Notes under the pieces: generated by a model
The model's input: only the letters and a program-made list of their open reading frames with translations
What the model was told of the DNA's origin: nothing
Database searches by the model: none
Shown here: one piece after another, positions 1 through 11,800 of the stretch
Numbering within the stretch: the stretch's first letter is position 1
Layout: each line of letters opens with the position of its first letter
Position numbers and translations under genes: made by a program
Assembly: GCF_964204645.1 (NCBI RefSeq)
Contig: NC_134027.1
Location: 14,974,485 to 15,038,484 of the forward strand
DNA length: 64,000 nucleotides
Direction: 5' to 3'
Source of the DNA: Tubulanus polymorphus
Taxonomy: Eukaryota; Animalia; Nemertea

Positions 1-1539
1 TCTCATATAATCAAAGACCAACCTTAAGGACTAATTCATTTTGTCTTTCCACAAAATCAAAGATTTATGATGGTTTGAACTAACCAGTGCTGAATGCTTT
101 ATAATCGCGTATCACAGCAAATACAAAACAAAAATCATAAAATTCCACAATTCCAGCACTATACCATACTGTATCAAAGGATTAAATCCATTATAATGAT
201 ACACAAATTGATATTCTTCCTATTCAATATTGTTCATATTGCCCTTTCAACAAGCTTAATTCATGAATACTTAAAGGCCAAGTTAAATGGAAGTCCAAAA
301 CCCACCGGGTGGTACTTGAGATTTGCAGTGCAGGCCACATCCCACTAGCAACTAGCAAGCGGTAGTTGTTAATAATGTTTACTGGAACACATCTGGCTCA
401 CACCAGTATCACAGTGATGAATAAAAAATATTGCAACCACAAAAAATCTTTACCGCGAATAATCAACAGAAACGCCATCTACCGACTAATGAGGTGCTAT
501 GATGAAAACCTTTAGGTGAAACGACGATAATTTACACATTTCACAGCGCACTGCGGGGCTCGACCTACCATCGAGCATGAATGTGAAGCCAATGTTTTTC
601 CGTCTGGACCTAGGATCGAGCATGAACTTAAAATTAATTAGAGTTAATTAGAATTCACTAGAATTCATTTTGTAGATGTTTTTTGATAAGAATTCCTCCA
701 GTAATAATCGATTTGAAAATAAAATCTGTATTTCAATTTATTCAATTTTTGTTCCATTTTGATGAAATTTTCACACATTGTTACTGATGAGTTTACTTGA
801 TATATAAATTTTCAGTTTGATACAACTTTCAGGTAAAAAGTTTTTTAACCCCCCAAAATTACGCACTAGAGAGCTGCAACTCTTTTGTTTATAAAGGTTT
901 ATGACAACAAGTCACTGTGCTCTCAGTGGTGAGGTGGATGACTTCTCCCAGCTTGTCATTCAAAGATTTGAAAATTTGAAGAATGTAATAAGTAAATTGC
1001 TAATTTATGCATGAAGGAGGGCTTAAACGAAATTTTAAGCCATAGATGTGACTATATTACATGTTTACATATATTCCTGGCAAAAAGGAGGGTCCAAATT
1101 GGTTAACTGACAGAAATACTAGGGAAATACCAGTATCAACCACCGGAGCTCTTAACAGCTCCGTGGGTTCAGAGATACTGCTATGTTTGACAGGGATGGG
1201 CCTTTCATACTCAAAGTCGGCCTTTAAATTGGGCTCTTAGCTACTCAGCTACTCAAAAACTTTAATCTTCAAATCACAGAAGTACTACATTGCATACAGG
1301 GTTTCACAGTACATTTGATGTAGATATTTTGAACAGGAAAGTACAACGCAATCTCTAAATTATTCAGGATAAGAACAGCCACCATGGAAAACAAACCAAA
1401 ATAATAAGGTTGACTGCTTCAGAGTGACTGCTTTTTAATGTATACTACTGGAAAAATAGCCATTATTGTTAATTGTGTAATGTTCCCTTAATGAAAATAA
1501 AGGACCAATGGTCCAGTGGCACACCAAACTGTAAAGTAA

Positions 1540-2098
1540 ACTAGGTGTCCAGGAACACCATGCCCACTTGGAAAGTGGTTTCAAATGCTCAATCTAACAA
1601 TTTTAATATTCAATGCCCCCTGGTGACCATATACAAAAGCCAATGGCCTTGAAACTCACCACAATCATAGAACATGTCAGCAGCTACAATTTAGCAATTG
1701 GTTTTGATAATAATATATGCCTCGGTACCAATAAAATATGAAAATACTAAGTTATTCTACTATTCAACGCCCCCTGGTGGCCATATGCAATACCAAATAA
1801 CCTTGACATTCACCACAATCATAGAAAATGTCATGAACTACAATTTAGCAATTGATTATGGTAACAAAATATGCTTATGTACCAATATATTAAGGAAATA
1901 CTAAGTTATTTTACTATTCAACGCCCCCTGGTGACCATAAATAATAATCAGTGACCTTGAAACTCAATACAATCACAGACCTTTTCATGAGCTACAACTT
2001 TGCAATTGATTGTGTTAACAAAATAATCATAGGTACGAATATAATATCAAAATACTAAGTTATTGTATAAATCAACGCCCCCCTGGTGGCCATATTAA
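1540..2098 (+). mobile_element. Non-autonomous Helentron-like element, family T, with ~154-bp internal tandem units; truncated by the element at 2099
   Basis: Starts actaggtgtccaggaacaccatgcccacttgg, like the copies at 2621 and 41883. Four units of caacgccccctggtg...ctcaccacaatcatagaa...aatactaagttatt. Confidence 0.7.
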
Positions 2099-5000
2099 AT
2101 AAATTGCCCATGGGCAAAGTGTGGTTTACCTTGAAAGCTAGTGGTTGTTTGGAGTAAGGGCATTGCTTGAAAAATCTTTTTAATTAGTGACTTCAAAGTT
2201 CCACAAGTTTGCATTGTATTTTATCTTTCTTAAAGAATTATTTTGTAGTCAAGTAAGACCAAAGATATACATTTGGTTACGGTCCATGTCCAAAAGTTTG
2301 TAGAGTACAGGTAGGCGTGGCAGGGAAATTATTTTATATTTTCCAAAAAAATTATTTTTCACAATATGAAAAAAATATTCAAATAAGGCCATCCCAAAAT
2401 AATTGTCTGTTTGCCGCAACACCGACTCAACTTTTCAGGATGAGTCGGTAGGTAAGAAAAAATTTTTTTTGCTTAATTTTTGGGCAAAAAAATTATCTTT
2501 TTACATGGAAACAATATCGCAAAGAACATCTACGTTGTGCACGGGAAATTTGTCTAATAGCGTACATTTCGAGAATTATTCTAAAATTATAACTTCGTCC
2601 AGAGCGTCATCTCTGTGTTAACTAGGGGTCCAGGGACACCATGCCCACTTGGGAAGTGGTTCCAAATGCTCAACAATCTAACAATTTCAATATTCAACGC
2701 CCCCTGGTGACATATACAGAATCCAATGACCTTGACACTCACCACAATCATAGAACATGTCAGCAGCTACGATTTTGTGATCGATTGTGATAACAAAATA
2801 TGCCTCGTTTAACTTTAATATGGAAATACTAGGTTATTCTACTATTCAACGCCCCCTGGTGACCATATTCAAAACCCAATGACCTTGGAACTCACCACAA
2901 TCATAGAACATGTCACGAACTATAACTTTGTAATTGATCATGGTAACAAAATATGCCTAGGTACCAATATAATAAGGAAATACTAAGTTATTCTACTATT
3001 CAACGCCCCCTGGTGACCATATAGAATAAGTAATGGCCTTAAAACTTGCCACAATCATAGATGATGTCATGAGCTATAACTTTGCAATTGATTGTGGTTA
3101 CAAAATATGCATTGATACGAATATAATATAGAAATACTAAGATATTGCATTATTCAACGCCCCCTGGTGGCCTTATACAAAAACCAATGACCTTGAAACT
3201 CACCACAATCATAGAACACGTTATGAGCTACAACTTTCTAAATGATTGTGGTAACAAAATACGCTTAGGTATCAATATAAAGTGGAAAAACTTTTTCCCA
3301 CTTACGAACGAGTACTGCTGACACCAAGATGGCCGCCAATTGCGTCATAATTGGCTGATGAAAAATACCTAACTCAGGTATAAAACCATATCAATGAGAA
3401 ATGATAAACCAGTAGGAAGATACAGGACTCAGAATTTGGGCCAAAATTAACATTTTTGGGCACTAAAAAGGTCATAGGACGGCCATCTTGAGTCCGATCG
3501 ACCCAATTTTTGTTATGCTGATGGGCCCTGGGGGAATTCACATATTCCGAAAGATCAAGGTAATTGATCAATTTGGCGAACACCAATGGCTGCCAGTCGG
3601 CCATCTTCAATCTGACAGGGCCAGTTTTTGGGCTGAAGATGTGTCTAGGGTAGATACATGTGTAACCCAAATATCAAGACATTACCTTGAAGCGTCTTCA
3701 ATACTTCCCAAAATAACTGGATTCCGTCTACGGACGGACGAAAAGTGAACGCAATAGCCCGCTGGGACTAAAGTCCCAAGTGGGCTAAAAACCAATGACC
3801 TTGAAACTCACCACAATCATAGAACACGTTATGAGCTACAACTTTCTAAATGATTGTGGTAACAAAATACGCTTAGGTATCAATATAATGTGGAAAAACT
3901 TTTTCCCACTTACAAACGAGTACTGCTGACACCAAGATGGCCGCTAATTGCGTCATAATTGGCTGATGAAAAATACCTGTCTCAGGTATAAAACATCCCT
4001 TTCCAAAGAATAACCATCACAAATTGCAATGAGAAATGATAAACCAGTAGGAAGCTACAGGACTCAGAATTTGGGCCAAAATTAACATTTTTGGGCACTA
4101 AAAAGGTCATAGGACGGCCATCTTGAGTCCGATCGACCCAATTTTTGTAATGCTGATGGGCCCTGGGTAATTCACATATATCCGAAAGATCAAGGTAATT
4201 GATCAAAGCGTCTTCAAAATGTCCCTCAAAAAGTTCAAAAATGTGTAAAAAGTGCTGATTTTGGCGAACAACAATGGCTGCCAGTCGGCCATCTTGAATC
4301 TGACAGTTTTTGGGCTGAAGATGTTTCTAGGGTAGATACATGTGTAACCCAAATATCAAGACATTACCTTGAAGCGTCTTCAAAACTTCCCAAAATAACT
4401 GAATCCCGTCTATGGACGAATGGACGGATGACGGACGAAAAGTGAACACAATAGCCTGCTGGGACTAAAGTCCCAAGTGGGCTAAAAATGAAAGAGTACA
4501 TTGAATATGTGGCGCTTTTACATTACCAGCTTTGATATAGTCACTATGAGAATGAATGGCAGCTTATTGGAACACTGCCAGTTTCCTGGAAAACTTAAAT
4601 TAGGCCACATTGACAAGGCATGTTTTCACACGATGCACACTTGAATTCAAACATATATAATACGTAGCTCATACGTAGGCAGTGGGTCGGTCGGCCGTTT
4701 TTTTATCAAAAATAAAATTTATTTCAATGAATCCCAGAAAAAAAGTTTTCACTCGGTACCTTTGAAGTCGGGTCGGTCGGGTTACGGCAAACAGACCATT
4801 AATATGGGATGGCCTAAAATTCATATGATGTCACATATCAAAGGGTGGCTGAATATTGGGTCATGGAAGCCTCTTCCAATGTTGGCCGCGGAAGTTAAAA
4901 TACCGGTACAGAAGAAATCAGTTATTAGATCGTTTTAAATCCTGGAATTTACGACTACAATATTCAGACCTCGACCTATACTTTTAGTTTGCTGTTTAAT

Positions 5001-5696
5001 ATTTTCAGGCCACAAGAAATTACAATTTATTACAAATTTTATCAAACAGAAAACACAGCGCTCATCTTCTGCTACTATTATTCAGCCTATTTTCATGTCA
5101 AACGCGCACGCGTTACAGCATCACCTTGAGTAGTGTACTGTACGAGCTTGTGTGTGTGTCGTGTAGCACTCTGCGCGCACAGGTGGAAGCCTCGTGTAAG
5201 TGATTGTTCGCTTACACTTCAATGTCAATCAAAACAATCACCGGGTATTAAAATGAAACAATACCTATGGCGGATGTGTGAAATAATAACATCCTCACCA
5301 GCAATGTGCATTTAAAATTTGCACGTATACGGCACCTAGTCCAATGAAACGTTCGCCATTCTATGGCTTTCCCATAGTTATTTTAGTAGCGCCGGAATTC
5401 CCCGTATATCCCAAAAACAGCCAATCCCATTCGCTCGTAGAGACGACACCCCCCAATCGAGGTAATTGCAATTTTATACGCGAGAGCTAAGAATTTTCCC
5501 GCCAAAAACAGTTTTTCGTAGAATTTTTACTCAGTTGACCATGTCATCGACGGAGGTTCGCCATGTGTTCAATCGCATCGAGTATACGTCGTTTAAGCCG
5601 AGAACCAATGAAACAAATGCTCACATAAAAAAACGTACCGCGATTTTACATGAATTGGCTCAACGCCAACATCATATCGCTGACAAAGGTAAACCA
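2099..5696 (-). mobile_element. Non-autonomous Helentron/Helitron2-like (HINE) element, family H, with a nested family-T insertion
   Basis: Same sequence as 22575-24300 apart from the nested insert. Subterminal inverted repeats tggtttacctt/aaggtaaacca and a terminal palindrome ttgcccatgggcaa; no TSD. Confidence 0.75.
2621..4483 (+). mobile_element. Family-T tandem-array element nested in the family-H element, with an internal partial duplication (~3181-3790 repeated at ~3791-4483)
   Basis: The empty site cttaaaaatgaaa is visible in the copy near 23104. 5' gcccacttggga and 3' tcccaagtgggc are inverted repeats; 3' hairpin gggactaaagtccc; ~153-bp units. Confidence 0.8.
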
Positions 5697-6976
5697 AAAA
5701 TTAGTCAAATAGATTCTTATTTTATTGAAAGAAATTCTACTGAACACAGATTTTGAAATGAATTATGTGTCGATTGATCCAGACGAAATAATTACAGATA
5801 AATCAACTGACGATCAACAAGGTGGAGTTTTCATTTATCTTCGGATAATTTGTCTACCCCTGATGATACAAGCATTTTCGCGACATCTTTTGAAACCTCA
5901 ACGCTTTATCTGCGCGCATCAATTAGTCGGCCTCAGTCGATTTTCATGCCATCTGACCTCTTTCCACCTGTAATTAAGCAATCTAATGTACGAATTACTC
6001 AGTTATGTAATATAATAGAGGAGTGAAAGAAAGTATAATAAATATTCAAATCATGCGTTTGTCGTGAAACATCTATTACTACTGTCTCGCAGAGCATAGA
6101 CACTAACCGTTAAGCCATGTGGAATTGGTATTTTAAGGGCTATTCGGTTTGCTCCAAAACAAGTCTCTGATAAACTTTTAAAAGCTTCATATCAAGGGTA
6201 TATCGTAGGACTCTTGATGCCCGTGAATTATCATCCCATAATAACAATGAATCCAATTCTGCATGTACACTAGCACGACTGATTACTGATCCAAATATCA
6301 TAAATATGACATTAGAAAAAAACTATTACACAAAACGTCAAGTACTTACAGCATCTGAGACGCTTAATTTGAAACGTGCACTTGCACACTGTGGTTTAAA
6401 TATATTCCCACCAGCTGCAAGAATCAGCAAAGGAATTGAAGACCGTAGTGACCAGTTCATTCCACGATTAATAGCTGAAAAGAAAGTAATCGAAATAAAT
6501 AGTCGTATACATAGGTGTTAACCAGTCCCTTACTAACTACTAAAGCTTTCCAATGGCTCTACACACTACATTAAGGGCCTAAATCTATTCTAGGCATATC
6601 CCCCAAAAAGCTAGGCATTAGGCAAGTAGGTAGCCAACAATGATCATTGCTTTGCCAAGTACCCATTTGCTATCATATGTACTCATATCATTGCACCATC
6701 CAGTGGGAAGGTAACCTTAACTGCAGTTAGACCAAGAAATCATGTCTAACATTCCCTGGTTAGTGGATACTCACCTTAAATTGCATAAACTCTGCTGTCA
6801 TTGTCATCGATCCGAGTCGTCAAGTGAACGCGGAAGTAAAATTCCATAGGAAAATCCCTACCATTCCTGTCCATATTACGTTGATTTGAGCCAGAAATCT
6901 TCAGGAAATGTAGCCAATGTAAATTGATTTACCAATAGAATTAATCAACTGACTCATTTTAGGGATCATAGTTTAT

Positions 6977-7692
6977 CAGGGATGAGAACGCCGACCTGTA
7001 AAATCCGCGGGTTATTTTTCTTGAGTGACAAACGCGAACCAGCTGACGGCGCAGTTGTCAGCACTAGCGAGCGCAAACGGCGCGAAGCTATTTCGGGGGG
7101 GTTTGGGGGCCCTCCCCCAAGAAAATTTTAGAAATTAAATACGTTTTCCGAGCACTTACAGCGATCTTGAACCCATGAACGACTATTATATTTTGGAAGG
7201 TAATGGCTAGTTCCAATGTGGTACATCCTCATTTGATGACATTCAGCATCTCATGCATTACGGGTCGAGCCCTGAATTATTGCAGTAAAAATGCGCCGAT
7301 GAATGCTCACTAAAAATCATCACCAAGTAGTGTATAATATCCGAAAGCGTTCGCCACACACACGCAGCAACAGTAAGTAGACCTATATACATTACTACTG
7401 TTGCTGTGCGTGCGTGTCTGCAACCGATCGATAAAATACATAGGCTACACACTCATCGTAGTACAAATGTACATACAAAATCACTGTGTTGCAATGAATA
7501 TGCATTGAAATAAAACAGGCACTGAACGCTTTTACGGTTCACCTGATTACCGATCGCGCCGGACCAATTGAGTGAGATCATCACCCCCCCCCCCCATACT
7601 TTTACATCATTTTTGGACTATTTGGAAAATTGATATTTTTCAATACTGAAATCCGCGGGAAACCGCGGATCCGCGGGGAATTCTCATCCCTG
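6977..7692. mobile_element. MITE (non-autonomous DNA transposon)
   Basis: TIRs cagggatgagaa / ttctcatccctg, flanked on both sides by gtttat (6-bp TSD). Confidence 0.75.
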
Positions 7693-8825
7693 GTTTATTA
7701 AAGTCCTAAAACTCGCCATAAATTTGCGATAAATTTAAGCTGAAAATGATTTCAACCATCCGCCATCATGGCTGCATATTGTCCGCAGTAAATGACGGAT
7801 CCTAAACTGGTTACCGGTCTCTATCTTCAATTAGAGACCAGTTGTGCCCATCCTCCATTTTACATTTTCGATGCATGTCAAATAAGGTCAAACATGTAAA
7901 GTAGCAAATTACTTCCTGGTTAAGATGGCGTCTCTTCGAATCTGCTTAGCTTAGAGCGATATCAAAATTGCCCTTTACAATGGACGGAAAGACATTAATT
8001 GCTGTAAGTATCATATAAATCCGCTGATAATTTACCTGGTACTCGGAATACAAACTAACAAGGATCGAAATCTAATCAAAGGTGAGCTCTGTCACTGAAT
8101 ACAGAACATTCTGAAGGAACAGGGGACATCATTTCTATATCTACCGTTCGTGAGATGTATTTAGTGAATTGATGTTTTAATACAGGGTCGTAAAATGACT
8201 ATATTTACTATCTGAATAAAGTTTACAATTGTTAAACTCCTTAGTGCTATGTGAGATCAGATATTTGGATCCACCTCAGCCTCAGCCTGATTTCCTGATA
8301 CAGACAGCAAGTTGGGACAGTCAAATTAAGAGACTTGGTCAAGACAAGTTACTCAGATCACTGGAAATTCGCAATATCCTCTCTCCTCATGGACCACACA
8401 ATGTCAATGTTGACTTTGCTAGAAATCGATTATAAATTCATCACAACCAATTCTTTTTCACTGAATTCAATATTTATTGTTCACTTCTGGTACAAAATCT
8501 TGTTCAGCCCCTGACAAGAGAATAAGCAATGACACTACGTATTTCATGACATAGAACAGTAGTTTTTTTTTTTCATCGACAAATTGGGACGATCCTGATA
8601 TCCCTGATTTGATAAATAGTGTCTTTAGATTCATAAAGACTATGTCTCGACCAGACAGATAATCCAATAACAATTCAAATTGAAAGCTCGCTAGTTATTC
8701 ACAGAATCCAGCTCTTAAAACCTCATCAGTTTATCAGATCATGAGCAGTGGAGAAATAAAGTACTCAACATCTTGGCGCAGCGGCGCTTGCTGATGTAAC
8801 TGACGACAACGACAGTAATTGGGAA

Positions 8826-8883
8826 AGTGGGCTTTCATACCAGAGGACGAGAGGACGAGACACCACTCATCACCACAAGTAAT
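8826..8883 (+). repeat. Left terminal inverted repeat of the Polinton
   Basis: agtgggctttcataccagaggacgagaggacgagacaccactcatcaccacaagtaat is the exact reverse complement of 27128-27185. Confidence 0.95.
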
Positions 8884-8898
8884 TTTTTTTCCTAATAA

Positions 8899-11800
8899 AT
8901 GGGGGAGAATGAACACCAGCCAGAAAACAATGTTAATAAAAATCAATATTATTGCCAATATTGTAAAAAAATACGTCGATACATCTTATAAAACACGACA
9001 TGAAAAAACTGCAAATCATTTAAAAAATGTAATAGATTTTGAAACACCAGAAAATTCCAATGAAAGAAAAGAAAGATTAGAAAATATGAATGTGGATGAA
9101 ATAAAATGTGAAGTTTGTAATGAATTTATAGTAAAAAGGAATTATAATAGACATCTCGAATCACAAAAACACCATCAAAATTTGAGTAATAATGTTTTAG
9201 GAAAAGATTATTTCGATGATAAACCTCAAAAAGTAAAAAAACCAACTTCAAAAACTAAATCCATTTAAAATAAACCTTACATGGAAAATGTTAGAAATTA
9301 TATTGATTCACTAGAAATAAAAGATACAATTGAAATTTTAGAAACATAACATAGTAAAATTGGTCCTGCAGCTATTATATTTAGATTTTTTAAAGGTACA
9401 ACAATAGAAGATTATAGTAAATTTAATGAAATAATAGAAAAAATACTAGATTTGATAACAGATGTTGAATATCCAAAAATTAGTATCTCTGGGAAAGTAC
9501 GTTTTATAAAGTCAGAAGAAAAAATGGATTATAATATTCAAACACACTCTGAAGAAATAATTTCAAAAACACAAATAAAAGAGAAGTTAGAAAAAATATT
9601 TAATGAATTTAAACGTCATATTGAAGAAAGATATTTTGAGGGTTCTGGCTTAACATTGAATGAAATTATATATTTAGATTTAAATGTTTACAATACAAAA
9701 AGGAATAAAACATCAAAAAGTAATAAAATGTTTAAAAATGATTCAAACTTTACAACAGAAAAGGATATTAAAGCATCATCTTATATTAAATTACCATTTA
9801 CAACAAAAGCAGTAATAAATGTTCAAAATGAAGATAATAAATGTTTTCTATGGTCAATTATTAGTTGTTTACACCCAACAGAAGATATGACGCATAGTTT
9901 TAGAATAACAAATTACCGGAAATATGAAACATTATATAAAATTGATCAATATCCAGTAACTATAAAAATGATTCCTAAAATAGAAAAAGTTAATAATTTA
10001 AAAATAAATGTATTCGAATTAATGCAATTACCAAAGACAAAAGGTGAAAATATTAAAGATTATACATTGGAAGCTTTATATTCAACAGAATATTATGATG
10101 ATGAAAATGCTATAGATTTGTTATATTACAAAAAAAGATGAAAATGAACATTATATGTGGTTAAAACAAATTGATTTATTCTTTAGAACAGAAAGTGATC
10201 ATCATCATAAAATTTATCTATGTAGAAAATGTTTATCTAAATTTATGACTGAGAATACATTATTAAAACATAAAGAATTATGTGATAATAAAGAATTTTG
10301 TAAATTAATAATGCCAACAGAAAAAGATTATAAATTGAAATTTACTAATCATAAATTTAAGAATATTGTTCCATTTGTAATTTATGGGGATTTTGAATCG
10401 TTGAATAAAGAATTAACTGATCAAGATAGAAAAGAAATATATAACAAAAAGCAATTTCTAAAATCAATGGACAAAGGAAATGAATTAAATGAAGACATAA
10501 TTCAAGACCCACCAATCATAAATACAATTAAAAAAGTTCATCAAAGAGCTGCTGCTTATGGAATTTATATAAAATCAAATTATCCTGAATTATATGAAAG
10601 TCAATATATTTCTTTTAGAGGTGAAGATGTAGTTAATGATTTTTGTAACAAAATGATTGAATTAGAAAGTGATTTTGCAAAATTATTAAACAAAAATAAA
10701 AGAATAGTTATGACAAAAGAAGATGAAATTGATTTTAATTATGCAACTCATTGTTGTTATTGTGAAAAACGTTTTTATTCATTTGATAAAAAAGTTAGAG
10801 ATCATGATCATTTAAATTCAAAATATCGTGAAGCTGCTCATGAAGATTGTAATTTACAAGCTAAAAAAGTTAATTTCGTACCAATATTATTTCATAATTT
10901 ATCAGGTTATGATACCCATCTATTTATAAAACAATTATCAAGGGAATTGGGCACAATTAATCAAGAAATAGAAGAATATAATGCTATGAATGGTGTAAAT
11001 GTAAGAAAATATGATTTTAAACTATTAGCTAAAACATCTGAAAATTATATTTCATTTCAATTTGGTTGCATTAGATTTTTAGATTCTTATAGATTTCTAG
11101 CAAGTTCATTAGATAATTTATCAAAAAGTTTAGTTGATAATGATTTTGTTATAACTCGATACTATTATCCAAATGAACAAGATTTCAAATTATTGAGATA
11201 TAAAGGCGCAATTCCTTATTCATTTTATAAAACACACAATGATTTTAATGTAACAGAATTATTAAAAGATCAATTTTATGATCAATTAAAAGAGGAGTAT
11301 GTGAAAGACGATGTGTTTAATAGAACATTAAATATTTGGAACCATTTTAAGATGAAAAATCATGGTGAATTAGTTGATTTATATTTAAAAATCAGATGTT
11401 ATGATATTGGCTGACATATTTGAAAAATTTAGAGAAGTTAATTTGAATCATTTTAATGTTGATCCTTGTTATTGCTACTCTAGTCCTGGTTTAACCTGGC
11501 AATGTGGTTTAAAATACACAAATGTAGAATTAGATTTATTAAAAGAACCAGACATGGTTTTATTATTTGAAAAATCAATTAGAGGTGGAATTAGTGGTGT
11601 TATGGGAGATAGATATTTTAAAGCAAATGATGAATATAAATTATTATATATTGACGCCAATAATTTATATGGCTGGGCAATGATGCAACCCCAACCATAC
11701 AAAAATTTAATATTAACAGAAGTTGAAAATGATGATAAAACTGATTGGGAAAGCGCAATTGCGAGTTTAAAAGATGAAGCACCAATTGGTTATTTCTTTG

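Noticed and set aside
3374-4206. Recurrent short ORFs (also 42918 and 47832)
   Set aside because: They come from copies of the same non-coding repeat body, with inconsistent frames and no protein motifs.
6060-6521. Possible decayed retroelement ORF fragment
   Set aside because: Too degenerate to assign by eye.
8820-8825. 6-bp target-site duplication for the Polinton
   Set aside because: tgggaa on the left does not match taatgg on the right in any register I tried.
8819-8898. ORF track start for the first Polinton ORF
   Set aside because: It begins outside the TIR at a TTG. The ATG at 8899 has the element's start motif and restores a zinc finger.
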